IMG/VR virus record: IMGVR_UViG_3300032116_000013
Span: 32,001-96,000 of that record
DNA length: 64,000 nt
Source of the DNA: a virus
Strand: one strand, 5' to 3'
Below the pieces are notes generated by a model. The model was given only the letters and a program-made list of their open reading frames with translations, made no database searches and had not been told where the DNA came from. Positions 28,811 through 38,418 of this stretch are shown here, one piece after another (position 1 is the stretch's first letter; each line of letters begins with the position of its first letter). A program made the position numbers and the translations under genes.

Positions 28811-29071
28811 ATGACTATGTTTACTCGTGATGGTTTAGTTGATATGCTCAAGAACAACGTCGTGGTTGTTACGTTCACCAAGGTCAATGGTGAAGAGCGA
28901 GTGATGACTTGCACACTTCAAGCAAGTCACATTCCAAATGCTCCGACGCAAAAGGGTGAACTTGTGGTTGAAAAGAAAAGCAATAGCAATACTGTTTCAG
29001 CATGGGATGTAAATGCGAATGGCTGGCGTTCTTTCCGAGTGGAAAACGTCAAGTCAATTTCAATGGGATGA
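28811..29071 (+). CDS. WYL_2/SH3-like small phage protein
   Basis: FTKVNGEERVMTCTL...WD....WRSFR. Confidence 0.75.
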   Translation: MTMFTRDGLVDMLKNNVVVVTFTKVNGEERVMTCTLQASHIPNAPTQKGELVVEKKSNSNTVSAWDVNANGWRSFRVENVKSISMG

Positions 29072-29200
29072 AATACTAAATAACGAACCAGCCGCACAAC
29101 CTTTCGGTGTAGTGTTTGTCGCACAGCGATGGCTGCTTTTGTAAAAGAGGAATCTAGGACGCATTGCGCAGTGCGTGACGATAGATGAACCGAAACCTTT

Positions 29201-29398
29201 ATGATTCTACAACCAAAAACAAAATACGGACTGCAGTTCTTGCAGATGTACGGAAGCGAATGGTTTCTCATTCGCAAAATGGACTCTCACTATTCTTCAA
29301 AACGTCCAGGACCATGGGGTTATGTTCAGCAAGTTGATGGGCTGAAAACTTTTTTCGTACATTTACAAGATGACCCCCATTTCGTAATACAACGGTAA
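29201..29398 (+). CDS. hypothetical protein
   Basis: Short ORF in gene-sized gap. Confidence 0.5.
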   Translation: MILQPKTKYGLQFLQMYGSEWFLIRKMDSHYSSKRPGPWGYVQQVDGLKTFFVHLQDDPHFVIQR

Positions 29399-29437
29399 TA
29401 TCTTTTCTCTATATAATGACTCCATCAGGAGTCTCTA

Positions 29438-30211
29438 ATGCAATACAAATCAATCTTTATCTCCGATGTCCATCTCGGCTCCAAGGGATGCAAGGCTGAA
29501 TTACTTTCTGATTTTCTAAAAGAAAATACTTGCGAAAATCTATTCCTAGTCGGTGACATTATTGATGGCTGGCGACTCAAGAGAAAATTCTTTTGGTTGC
29601 AATCACACACTGATGTGATTCGTAAAATTCTCAAAGCAGCAAAAAATGGAACGAAGGTTATCTATGTTGTAGGCAATCACGATGATTCTTTCCGCGATCT
29701 TCTGCCGTACGATATTCATTTTGGTAATATCGAACTAGTCAATCAATGCCGCTATAATGCAATCAATGGCAAGAGATATATGGTAATTCATGGCGATTTA
29801 TTTGATGCTGCTCTTGCAACAAAACTTTCTTGGTTGTATCATGTTGGCGATTGGTTTTATGATATACTTTTGAGCATCAATCATGGATTGAATAAACTCC
29901 GCACTAAACTCAATATGCCATATTGGAGTTTGAGTGCATATCTAAAAAATAAAACAAAAGAAGCAGTTGCATTTATGTCTGATTTTGAAGTTCTCATCAC
30001 AGACTACTGCAGGAAATATAATACACAGGGTGTTATTTGCGGACACGTTCACAAAGCAGCAATCAAGGAAATCAATGGTATTGAATACATGAACGATGGT
30101 GACTGGGTTGAATCATGCACAGCATTGGTCGAGAATCATGATGGATCTTGGGAGATTGTGAATTATCTTCACAATATCGATAAGCGTAAAAAAATTGAAA
30201 AATTTTTGTAA
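29438..30211 (+). CDS. metallophosphoesterase, PlcP/LpxH-like
   Basis: ISDVHLG, VGDIIDGW, GNHD, HGD.FD, GHVH, NDGDWVESCTALVE. Confidence 0.85.
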   Translation: MQYKSIFISDVHLGSKGCKAELLSDFLKENTCENLFLVGDIIDGWRLKRKFFWLQSHTDVIRKILKAAKNGTKVIYVVGNHDDSFRDLLPYDIHFGNIELVNQCRYNAINGKRYMVIHGDLFDAALATKLSWLYHVGDWFYDILLSINHGLNKLRTKLNMPYWSLSAYLKNKTKEAVAFMSDFEVLITDYCRKYNTQGVICGHVHKAAIKEINGIEYMNDGDWVESCTALVENHDGSWEIVNYLHNIDKRKKIEKFL

Positions 30212-30236
30212 TATAATCTAAACGAAGGAGTCAGAA

Positions 30237-31271
30237 ATGAAAAAATTATTAGCAGTTATTGCATTGTCAACATTATCTGTTGCATCATATGCGCAAGGCA
30301 GAGATCAAATCGCAGTAGTCGGATCATCAACAGTTTATCCATTTACAACAACAGTCGCTGAGCAGTTCGGTCGTGCTGGAAAGTTCAAGTCACCTAAAGT
30401 TGAATCAACAGGCACAGGTGGTGGCATCAAGTTGTTCTGTAACGGTGTTGGTCCACAGTTTCCAGATGCTGTCAATGCATCACGCCGCATGAAGGCTGGT
30501 GAATTTGTTACATGCTCACAGAATGGTGTGAAAGATATTATTGAGATCAAGATTGGTTTCGATGGTCTTACGATTTCAGAATCAAAGAAAGGCAAACTCA
30601 GTGCGCTTACTCGCAAGGATGTTTACCTTGCTCTCGCAAAGCAGATTCCAAATCCATCAAATCCAACTGAATTGATTGCCAATCCAAACAAAACATGGAA
30701 GGATGTAAATCCTGCACTTCCAGCAATGAAGATTGAAGTTCTTGGACCACCGCCAACTTCTGGCACACGCGATTCATTTGCTGAATTGTTTATGGAAGCA
30801 GGATGCCAGCAATTCTCTTGGATCAAGTCACTCAAAGATATTGATGAAAAAAGATACAAGAGAGTTTGCCACACTATCCGCGAAGATGGTGCTTATATTG
30901 AAGCAGGTGAAAATGATAATTTGATTGCGCAAAAACTTGCAACCAATTCAAACGCTGTTGGTATTTTCGGTTTCTCATTCTTGGAAGAGAACGCAGATAA
31001 ACTAAAGGGTTTGAAGATTGATGGGATTGAGCCTACTTTCGAAACAATCGCCTCCGCTAAATATCCTACATCTCGACCATTGTTCGTTTATGTCAAGAAA
31101 GCACACATCGGTGTGATTCCTGGTTTGAAAGAATTCATGGCTGAGTATGTGAGTGATAAGGCAATCGGTGAGGAAGGTTATCTAACTGACCGTGGTCTTG
31201 TTGCTCTTGAAAAGTCAGCACTTACGAAAGTGCGTGCTGATGTCAATAATATGAAAAACTTTAAGCCATAA
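30237..31271 (+). CDS. pstS: phosphate ABC transporter substrate-binding protein
   Basis: VGSSTVYP, STGTGGG, ASRRMK, PP.SGTR, SRPLFVY; signal peptide. Confidence 0.9.
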   Translation: MKKLLAVIALSTLSVASYAQGRDQIAVVGSSTVYPFTTTVAEQFGRAGKFKSPKVESTGTGGGIKLFCNGVGPQFPDAVNASRRMKAGEFVTCSQNGVKDIIEIKIGFDGLTISESKKGKLSALTRKDVYLALAKQIPNPSNPTELIANPNKTWKDVNPALPAMKIEVLGPPPTSGTRDSFAELFMEAGCQQFSWIKSLKDIDEKRYKRVCHTIREDGAYIEAGENDNLIAQKLATNSNAVGIFGFSFLEENADKLKGLKIDGIEPTFETIASAKYPTSRPLFVYVKKAHIGVIPGLKEFMAEYVSDKAIGEEGYLTDRGLVALEKSALTKVRADVNNMKNFKP

Positions 31272-31297
31272 TTTCGTGGCGCAACAAGGAGAAAGAT

Positions 31298-32479
31298 ATG
31301 CGTAAAGCAATTCAATCATTAGTTATTTTGGGATCATTACTCGTCGGAAGCGTGACACATGCTGCAGACTCTGCTGAAATTCAACAAGCAGTAGATGGTT
31401 TGTCAGATGCGTTCGCTAAAGACATTGCACTTCGCTGGAAGTGGAAAGGTGATTTTCGTGTAAGAAACGAGAACATCGATCAAGCACTTGCAGTTGAGCG
31501 CAATCGTAGTCGTGTTCGTGTTCGTCTTGGTTTTGATGCTGAAGTAAATCCAACTGTAAGAGCAGGTTTTCAATTTGCTACAACAGAAAATGGAGATGCT
31601 CGTTCAAGCAATCAAACACTTGGTGATGTCAATTCACGAAAGGCACTTGATCTCGATCTAGCATATGTTGAGTGGGCACCAAACGCAGTATCCAAGGTTA
31701 CACTTGGTAAGATGAAGCAACCTCTTGTTACAACGACATCTTATTTCGTTGACAAGGATATTAATCCAGAGGGTGCTGCTCTTGCGTTTAATCACGCACC
31801 AACAGGCGCATTTGTAAATGCTGCAATGTTTGATCTCGTTGAGCGTGGCTCAGCAGTTGATTCAACAGCAGTTGCAATGCAAGTTGGTCTACGTGGAAAA
31901 CTCAATGACGAAACTGCTTATGTTGTTGCCGTTGGTCAAACAAACCATCGCGCAGTGAAGAATCAAGCAGTTGTGCAGTCAGGTGCTGCAGGTGGTTTCT
32001 TTGGCAACACGACCAAAACAACTGGATGTGCTGCTGGAGTTGCTACATGCCTTGCTAATGAATTTGAAGTCCGCAATGCACTTGCTGAACTTTCAACAGT
32101 TGTTGCTGATTATCCAGTAACAGTATTTGTTGATTGGGCAGAAAATGCAAAAGCAGCCAAACTCAACAAGGCACTTGCATACGGAGTCACCCTCGGAAAA
32201 GCATCACTTCCAAATTCATGGGAAGTTGGTGTAGTTTCTCAGAAGGTAGAAAAGGATGCATTGTTTGGTCAATGGATTGACTCAGACTTCGCTGCTGGTA
32301 ACACAGATGGCGACGGATACGCACTTCGCGGCGTTTATCAGGTTGCTAAGAATTGGAAGTTGAACGCCACTTACATGGTGAATAAGACTAACAATGATGT
32401 GCCAGTTGTGATCAATGGAAAGAATGTTCTAGATCGCGATTATAAGCGACTACAACTTGATCTGAACTTTGCGTTCTAA
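31298..32479 (+). CDS. outer-membrane beta-barrel porin, probably phosphate-related
   Basis: Signal peptide, GDFRVR, amphipathic strands, C-terminal LDLNFAF. Confidence 0.8.
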   Translation: MRKAIQSLVILGSLLVGSVTHAADSAEIQQAVDGLSDAFAKDIALRWKWKGDFRVRNENIDQALAVERNRSRVRVRLGFDAEVNPTVRAGFQFATTENGDARSSNQTLGDVNSRKALDLDLAYVEWAPNAVSKVTLGKMKQPLVTTTSYFVDKDINPEGAALAFNHAPTGAFVNAAMFDLVERGSAVDSTAVAMQVGLRGKLNDETAYVVAVGQTNHRAVKNQAVVQSGAAGGFFGNTTKTTGCAAGVATCLANEFEVRNALAELSTVVADYPVTVFVDWAENAKAAKLNKALAYGVTLGKASLPNSWEVGVVSQKVEKDALFGQWIDSDFAAGNTDGDGYALRGVYQVAKNWKLNATYMVNKTNNDVPVVINGKNVLDRDYKRLQLDLNFAF

Positions 32480-32500
32480 TCTAGTCTGCTACTAGAGATT

Positions 32501-32530
32501 GAAAAGAGGGACTTCGGTCCCTCTTTTCAT
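32501..32530 (+). terminator. intrinsic terminator
   Basis: GAAAAGAGGGAC-TTCG-GTCCCTCTTTTC. Confidence 0.85.
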
Positions 32531-32536
32531 TTCTGA

Positions 32537-32626
32537 CGTAAGTTATTGATTTTATTAGGGTTTTCGTAAGTTATTGATTTCATTAGAGTTTTTACTATTG
32601 CCTTTTTAGGCGAAAAGGCGCATAAT
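32537..32626 (+). promoter_or_regulatory. repeated early promoter cassette A (two motif copies)
   Basis: CGTAAGTTATTGATT motif at 32537 and 32565; TTGCCT-17-CATAAT. Confidence 0.8.
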
Positions 32627-32636
32627 ATCTGATACT

Positions 32637-32840
32637 ATGAAAATATATTACGAAGTTTACGAAAACGCGCGAGTCAACCACCCGATTACGGGGGAACGGG
32701 TCAACGGGAATAAAAAAATCCTGACGACCAAGAACCGTAAGAAGGCGCTCGACCTATACCGCGAGAAGGAAAAGACTCGGTGGGTCGAGGAAATTACAGA
32801 CTATGGGAGCGGCGGGAGCACCGATATCATAACTGAGTAA
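32637..32840 (+). CDS. early hypothetical protein
   Basis: First ORF after cassette A. Confidence 0.6.
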   Translation: MKIYYEVYENARVNHPITGERVNGNKKILTTKNRKKALDLYREKEKTRWVEEITDYGSGGSTDIITE

Positions 32841-32891
32841 GGGTAAACCCTGCGCCTCCCCTCGGGCTTTTAATGCGGTTCTAGGGGATGG

Positions 32892-32953
32892 CGTAAGTTA
32901 TTGATTTCATTAGGGTTTTCACCCTTTACTTTTTCGGTAAAATCACGCATAAT
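32892..32953 (+). promoter_or_regulatory. repeated early promoter cassette B
   Basis: Motif plus TTTACT-17-CATAAT. Confidence 0.8.
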
Positions 32954-32959
32954 ACTTCT

Positions 32960-33166
32960 ATGATAAACGAAAACACCGACGCGCAGGTTAAAGCGCAAAT
33001 TATCCAACGCATTAACGCACTCAAGCCCGACGCGATAGCGCACGGATTCGACTACCCGACGCAGGCACCCGAGACCGCAACGGTCGCCGAACTTTTAGAT
33101 TTTCTGGTAGAGATTTCAGCGTATATCGGCGCAGCCGCCAGCCAGCCGCCGACTGTAAGTCATTAA
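32960..33166 (+). CDS. early hypothetical protein
   Basis: First ORF after cassette B. Confidence 0.6.
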   Translation: MINENTDAQVKAQIIQRINALKPDAIAHGFDYPTQAPETATVAELLDFLVEISAYIGAAASQPPTVSH

Positions 33167-33215
33167 TTTCATTAGGGTTTTTACTATTGCCTTTTTACAA
33201 GAAAAAGCGCATAAT
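33155..33215 (+). promoter_or_regulatory. repeated early promoter cassette C
   Basis: Motif plus TTGCCT-17-CATAAT. Confidence 0.8.
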
Positions 33216-33247
33216 AGTTGTATGATAAATGATAAGGTGAAAGTCTA

Positions 33248-34126
33248 ATGCCTCGTGGTGTACCTAAGAACGGTTTCCGTAACACTCGCAAGCGTCGTCT
33301 TGCTGGAATCAAGGTTTCTTCTTCTCCTGCCTTCGTTCAGCCTGTTCGGGTTGAGTCGGTGGTCGAGATCGAAGCCAAGTTGAAGGATCGATTCGAGGCT
33401 CTCGAAATTATGTCCGAAGCAACGGGCAAGGGCATCAACCGATCGCTGATCGTTTCTGGTCCCGCTGGTCTTGGTAAGTCCTTCACGGTCGAAGCCAAGA
33501 TGGCGGAACTCGAGTCCAAGGGTCATAACGTAGTATACATCAAGGGTTACGTTCGTCCTCTTGCGCTCTACAAGTTGCTGTACGAAACTCGGTTCTCGAA
33601 CAGCGTTCTTGTGTTCGATGACTCTGACTCCATCTTTCATGATGACGTCAGCATGAATCTTCTGAAGGGTGCTTGCGATTCTACGGATCGTCGCGTTCTT
33701 CACTGGTTGTCGCGTTCACTCGAGCGTGAGTCGGATGAAGATGGCGAAAATATTCCTGAGAAGTTTGAATTCGAGGGTTCGATCATCTTCATCACCAACT
33801 ACGACTTCGACTCGCTCATCGCTTCGGGTAACAAGTTGGCTCCGCACTTTGAGGCTCTTGTGTCTCGTTCGCACTATCTGGATCTTGCGATGAAGACCAA
33901 GATGGATTATCTTGTTCGCATCAAGCAAGTTGTGCGTGGCGGTATGCTGAAGTCGCGTGGTCTGAACACCATCGACGAAACGCTGATCATGCAGTTTATC
34001 GAAAACAACGTTGACCGTTTGCGTGAGTTGTCGCTGCGAATGGTTGTCAAGATCTCTGGTCTGTATAAGATGGACAAGAGCAACTGGCAAAAGTTGGCGA
34101 AGCAGACTTGCTTCCGCGCTGCTTAA
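33248..34126 (+). CDS. P-loop (AAA-like) ATPase
   Basis: Walker A GPAGLGKS, Walker B VLVFDD. Confidence 0.85.
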   Translation: MPRGVPKNGFRNTRKRRLAGIKVSSSPAFVQPVRVESVVEIEAKLKDRFEALEIMSEATGKGINRSLIVSGPAGLGKSFTVEAKMAELESKGHNVVYIKGYVRPLALYKLLYETRFSNSVLVFDDSDSIFHDDVSMNLLKGACDSTDRRVLHWLSRSLERESDEDGENIPEKFEFEGSIIFITNYDFDSLIASGNKLAPHFEALVSRSHYLDLAMKTKMDYLVRIKQVVRGGMLKSRGLNTIDETLIMQFIENNVDRLRELSLRMVVKISGLYKMDKSNWQKLAKQTCFRAA

Positions 34127-34138
34127 TTGGAAAACAAA

Positions 34139-34327
34139 ATGTTTAAATTGCGAAATTACAACGAATTCAAAAATCATATACGGTGGCACGACTACTTTGC
34201 CATCATGATCAATGAATTTGCTGTCGTTCAAGTCCGCCGTTACGAATGGTTTGACAAGGAACAGTATACCTTTGTCATTCAAGTATTTGGATTTACCGTG
34301 TTTCAGCGCACAGGAAATATGCGATGA
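34139..34327 (+). CDS. hypothetical protein
   Basis: Short in-operon ORF. Confidence 0.5.
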   Translation: MFKLRNYNEFKNHIRWHDYFAIMINEFAVVQVRRYEWFDKEQYTFVIQVFGFTVFQRTGNMR

Positions 34328-34671
34328 CTGACATAAATCTTGAAGGATTATCAGACAAGCAACTACGACTATTCGCCGTCCGTTGTGCAAGGCGAGTACA
34401 GCATCTGATGACTGATCCACGGTCTATTGCTGCATTGGATGTTGCCGAGCGTTACGCCCATGGCGAAGCGACGGACGAGGAGTTGCGCGCAGCACAGGTT
34501 GCGGCAGGGGCTGCGGCGGATGCGGCGTGGACTGCGGCGGATGCGGCGTGGGTTGCGGCACGGAATGTGGCGTGGGCTGCGAAGGATGCGGCGTGGGTTG
34601 CGAAGGATGCGGCGCTGGCTGCCGAACTCGCCGAGCAACAAAAGATTTTGGATGAGATTCGACAGCAATAA
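34324..34671 (+). CDS. Ala/Trp-repeat protein with Imm5-like N-terminus, copy 1
   Basis: [10 protein letters not shown]...[19 protein letters not shown] followed by AAW repeats. Confidence 0.7.
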   Translation: MTDINLEGLSDKQLRLFAVRCARRVQHLMTDPRSIAALDVAERYAHGEATDEELRAAQVAAGAAADAAWTAADAAWVAARNVAWAAKDAAWVAKDAALAAELAEQQKILDEIRQQ

Positions 34672-34717
34672 TTGTTGAGTTGACTTTTTAAAATTGTTAA
34701 GGTACAATATATAAGTT

Positions 34718-35827
34718 ATGGCAAAATTTATTCCAAAGGTTGTTCCCGAGCCTACTTGGGATTCCAACGCAAAAAGTCCTTGCACACAGTTTGAATTGGT
34801 GCGAGCGTTTCAATGGTACAATCACAACAAGACTAACAAAGATGCAAGAAAGTATTTGTTAGAATATCTTGCAAAAGAACAGATGATCACTCCGCTGCAA
34901 ATACAAGCAGCGCAGTATCTCAACGACTCTTGGAATATTGTTGACGGTTGGCTTGCGCGATGTTTGGATCGCGGAGCACTTGTTCCTGATAATACTCTTA
35001 TCAATTTCGGCGATCGCATGAAAGAGTTTCTTGCGCGTCTTGATAAGATCGTACAAGAACGTGGTCTTGCAACTGTTGTTGTGGATACAAGCAACGTTGT
35101 TTCAATTCAAGAGCGTGTGACTGCCAAGACCGATTATTTCATCATGGAACTGGAAGCCAAGTTTGATGAGTTTTGGCATAAGAATTCTCCCGAGGACTTT
35201 GATCCATATACATGGATGATCGAGAACGAAGTCAAGCCAATGCATGCAGCGAAGATTGCTGAGTATTGTCGGCAGCGAGCCAAGGAATGGGTGAGTATTA
35301 TTGAAGGTCGCAAGACTGACGAATACATCAAGGAATCATATCCGCGTTCTCACAAGGAATATCTCCACGCTGCGAATCTCTTTTTGTTGTTTGCCACAGA
35401 TGCTGAGAAACTGGCATCTAACAAGAATGCTGCTCGTAAGCCGCGCAAGAAGAAGCCCATCTCCTTTGAGAAGAAGGTCAAGAATCTTAAATTTAAGAAG
35501 GAAGATACAGAGAACAAGTTGGTCTCAATCGACCCTGTTCGCATCATGGGTGCTGAAAAGTTATGGGTATATAACGTCAAGACTCGTAAACTTGGCGTCT
35601 ATGTAGCGGCTGATCAGGCTGGTCTTGGTGTCAAGGGTTCGGCGATCGAGAACTATAAATATGGTGAGTCCATCGGCAAAACTCTACGGAAGCCAAAAGA
35701 CGTTCTTCCGCGAGTTTTGGACGGAGGCAAGATTGTATTGCGTAAGGTCATGGGCGAGATTAATTCTAAGTCCAGCGAGTTGAATGGTCGAATCAACAAG
35801 GACACAATACTTCTAAGAGTGGAGTAG
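34718..35827 (+). CDS. conserved T4-like phage hypothetical protein
   Basis: 369 aa, preceded by TTGACT-17-TACAAT promoter at about 34680. Confidence 0.75.
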   Translation: MAKFIPKVVPEPTWDSNAKSPCTQFELVRAFQWYNHNKTNKDARKYLLEYLAKEQMITPLQIQAAQYLNDSWNIVDGWLARCLDRGALVPDNTLINFGDRMKEFLARLDKIVQERGLATVVVDTSNVVSIQERVTAKTDYFIMELEAKFDEFWHKNSPEDFDPYTWMIENEVKPMHAAKIAEYCRQRAKEWVSIIEGRKTDEYIKESYPRSHKEYLHAANLFLLFATDAEKLASNKNAARKPRKKKPISFEKKVKNLKFKKEDTENKLVSIDPVRIMGAEKLWVYNVKTRKLGVYVAADQAGLGVKGSAIENYKYGESIGKTLRKPKDVLPRVLDGGKIVLRKVMGEINSKSSELNGRINKDTILLRVE

Positions 35828-35836
35828 AGTAATCAA

Positions 35837-36370
35837 ATGATCACAGTCACTAGCAATTATTTGAACGCTAAAGATCTTGCTATGGTGCGCAAATATTCTA
35901 GGTTTGTAATGGATCGCTTGGTGCGTCGTGGAGTGCAAAACAAGTCTCGTGTTTCGATCAAGATTCTTGGCGAGCAAGAAATCAAAGATGCTGCTGATCT
36001 TCTTGATCTGAAGAAATACAAAGCCTGGTGCACTTATGATGGAACTGATGCCGAAGGCAGAAAACTCTTCACTGTTGTTCTAGATCACAAACGTCTGAAT
36101 AAGAATGGTAAGAAGCCGATCACAAGACTCAAGAATGTGATGATTGATCTTGGTCACGAATTGGTTCACGTCAAGCAATATTTGTGCAATGAGATTTTTG
36201 ATTATAAGAATGGTGATGTAAGATATAAGGGTTTGATCTTTGATGCTTCGCATTACATGGATGAAGAAAAGTATTTCGACAGTCCTTGGGAAGTTGAAGC
36301 ATATGGCAGAGAGTACGGAATGTACAAGATCTTTTGTAATAAACTTAAAGAGGAGCGTTTGAGTAAATAA
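35837..36370 (+). CDS. zincin-like metallopeptidase
   Basis: HELVHVKQ and PWEVEAY. Confidence 0.75.
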   Translation: MITVTSNYLNAKDLAMVRKYSRFVMDRLVRRGVQNKSRVSIKILGEQEIKDAADLLDLKKYKAWCTYDGTDAEGRKLFTVVLDHKRLNKNGKKPITRLKNVMIDLGHELVHVKQYLCNEIFDYKNGDVRYKGLIFDASHYMDEEKYFDSPWEVEAYGREYGMYKIFCNKLKEERLSK

Positions 36371-36372
36371 TT

Positions 36373-36558
36373 ATGTCTAGCAAGAAGAAGAATGAGTTCC
36401 GCGAAAAAGATTACAGTCGGAACAGCGAAGGATTGAAGCAGCGTCGTTTGAAGAATGAGTCGCGCTGGAAGTTTAATCCAAACTCAGATTACGTTGAAGA
36501 TGATTCGTTAACAGACGAAGAAGATTGGTTCCAAGACCCAGAGTACGATCAACGGTAA
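36373..36558 (+). CDS. small charged hypothetical protein
   Basis: In-operon ORF. Confidence 0.55.
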   Translation: MSSKKKNEFREKDYSRNSEGLKQRRLKNESRWKFNPNSDYVEDDSLTDEEDWFQDPEYDQR

Positions 36559-36561
36559 TAT

Positions 36562-37215
36562 ATGAATTGTTTTGACATAGTAGAAAATTATGCAAAACAG
36601 TTTTCTGAAATTTTAGCGAAAGATTCAGAGCCTGTACAGTTTCCAGAATTCCCTTGGAAAAATCAGATCTGGCGATCAAATAAATTTCGAAGAGCACACG
36701 TTGAAGAATTTGTAAGTCCAGCGATATCCGTTCTTCACGTTACAGTATTCCCACACTTAGATGATCCATCGCCGATCTATGGATTTGATGTTGTAACGGG
36801 TGCCAAGAAACCAGCAGGTGGATATATTGATATGTCACCTTCAGTTGAAACTTGGAATAGGTGGAGAAGTTGGATTCCTTTTGATGTTCCACCGAATAAA
36901 GCAATTCCAGAATGGGGAACTTGTTTCTCTGATGAATTCGTAGCAATTCCATTACGTGACTCAGCGCATCTAGAAGAATTGCTGAAGTATGGAGTTTCCA
37001 TGCTGTCTGAATATTTAAATCGAATACAACAAAATAAAGTAGCGCAAGAACAAGTTGTAGAACGCCAACTCTACTATTGCCAACAACAGCGTAACAACCA
37101 GAAGACCATGCAGATATTAGAACGCATGATCGGCTTGGAGCGGGCAAATCTATTCATGAATGAAGTCCTTTTCCCAGACCCCATTGCAGCCCCATCCACC
37201 CTCAGGGTAGGGTAA
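36562..37215 (+). CDS. ferredoxin-dependent bilin reductase (PcyA/PcyX-like)
   Basis: RRAHVE, LHVTVFP, IYGFDV, D.SP, PEWG..FS, Q..YC.QQ..N.KT. Confidence 0.8.
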   Translation: MNCFDIVENYAKQFSEILAKDSEPVQFPEFPWKNQIWRSNKFRRAHVEEFVSPAISVLHVTVFPHLDDPSPIYGFDVVTGAKKPAGGYIDMSPSVETWNRWRSWIPFDVPPNKAIPEWGTCFSDEFVAIPLRDSAHLEELLKYGVSMLSEYLNRIQQNKVAQEQVVERQLYYCQQQRNNQKTMQILERMIGLERANLFMNEVLFPDPIAAPSTLRVG

Positions 37216-37271
37216 GGTATACCCCAAAACCGACCCGCTGCAATGGGTTTATAGGACGTTCTGGGGGCACT

Positions 37272-37333
37272 CGTAAGTCATTGATTCTATTAAGGTTTTT
37301 ATCGTTTACTTTTTCGACGAAAAAGCGCATAAT
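37272..37333 (+). promoter_or_regulatory. repeated early promoter cassette D
   Basis: Motif plus TTTACT-17-CATAAT. Confidence 0.8.
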
Positions 37334-37339
37334 ATATCT

Positions 37340-37711
37340 ATGAAATACGAAACTTACACCTTCGACGAAAACATCCTTTCCGACCTTCACAAGGACGCCT
37401 ACGGGTTCCGTCCCAGCGGAGATTTCTTCCGCGAGTGGGATTTGCTTGACAACGATGGCAAGCAAGATCTCTGGGAACAACTTATTGATGCCGTTCGCGA
37501 TTCGATTCTCGAGGAAGCACGTTACCACAATATGGCGATTGCTGAGTTTGAGGGTTGGGTGAAACAGACGATGAAGATCGTCGTTGATTCAACTCGCGAA
37601 GATTGCATTCGCATGATGCATGACGCGCACGAAACTCGTGGTGATGTCGAGTATCTCGAGCATTGCCTCGGTGTCCCGTATGGTTATCTCAGTGGCAAAA
37701 ATTGGGGTTGA
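37340..37711 (+). CDS. early hypothetical protein
   Basis: SDLHKDAYGFRP pattern; first ORF after cassette D. Confidence 0.7.
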   Translation: MKYETYTFDENILSDLHKDAYGFRPSGDFFREWDLLDNDGKQDLWEQLIDAVRDSILEEARYHNMAIAEFEGWVKQTMKIVVDSTREDCIRMMHDAHETRGDVEYLEHCLGVPYGYLSGKNWG

Positions 37712-37712
37712 T

Positions 37713-38027
37713 ATGTTATTTGAAAATTATGATTTTGACATGGCTCTTTACAAGTACGCGGATCATCTCGCAGCGAATTACAATTCCACTGGCTCTACTG
37801 GCGGATACTCTATCAGTTATGTGAAGGGTCGCAAGTTTCTAAAGGTTGTCAAAACTTCTTGGAATTCTCCTTCGGTGCATTCTTTTATCTGCATCAAGGA
37901 ACATGACCAGTGGAAGTATGGTGACATTCTGAAGGCTGCTTCTTGGGCGCAGCCCGCGAAGAATTTTGCTCGCGGGAATGTTCTGGATACTAATTCTTAC
38001 AAAAATATATCATGGACGGGTGCTTAA
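37713..38027 (+). CDS. conserved phage hypothetical protein
   Basis: GDILKAASWAQPAKNFARGNV pattern. Confidence 0.7.
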   Translation: MLFENYDFDMALYKYADHLAANYNSTGSTGGYSISYVKGRKFLKVVKTSWNSPSVHSFICIKEHDQWKYGDILKAASWAQPAKNFARGNVLDTNSYKNISWTGA

Positions 38028-38239
38028 TGAATAATTGGAATCTCGAAGGTTTGCATGTGACTGGCATGTACATGGGTGAATTCCCTGTTTCTGGTCGCGT
38101 TGAATCGAGTCGTGTAAAGTATGGTGGTGGCGTTCAGCATACTGTCGTTCTTGATCAGTCAATTGAAATTTATAGTCAAGTGCGTGATCGTTTGCTTTTG
38201 AATCATGAAAATGTTACTCGTGTTCGGAGTGCTGCATAA
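38027..38239 (+). CDS. hypothetical protein
   Basis: Overlapping stop/start chain. Confidence 0.65.
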   Translation: MNNWNLEGLHVTGMYMGEFPVSGRVESSRVKYGGGVQHTVVLDQSIEIYSQVRDRLLLNHENVTRVRSAA

Positions 38240-38418
38240 TGGTAAATCTTCACGTGGAACTCATCAAGACGTTGGACGTTCGTGTCAAGAATCTTGAAGA
38301 TGTATTGATGCGCCTTGTTGTTGCTGTTGAGCAAGGCAAGCACATCGACTATAGCGAAGACTTGCAAGAATTGGTTGATGAAGCAAAGTCTGTAATCGAA
38401 GGGGAGTTTGAGGAATAA
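38239..38418 (+). CDS. small hypothetical protein (59 aa)
   Basis: Read by eye; TAATG overlap on both sides. Confidence 0.6.
   Translation: MVNLHVELIKTLDVRVKNLEDVLMRLVVAVEQGKHIDYSEDLQELVDEAKSVIEGEFEE

Noticed and set aside
29400-30236. Pho box upstream of the phosphate genes
   Set aside because: No CTGTCAT-type 11-bp direct repeats were seen by eye. A degenerate box cannot be excluded.
32537-32592. Tandem 28-nt repeats as a mini-CRISPR array (also 58905-59006)
   Set aside because: Copies abut with no unique spacers, always precede a promoter, and no cas genes are present.
33205-33231. Resemblance of GCGCATAA...TATGATAAAT to a Xer dif site
   Set aside because: The left arm is simply the -10 box, the spacing is off by one, and other cassettes lack the right arm.
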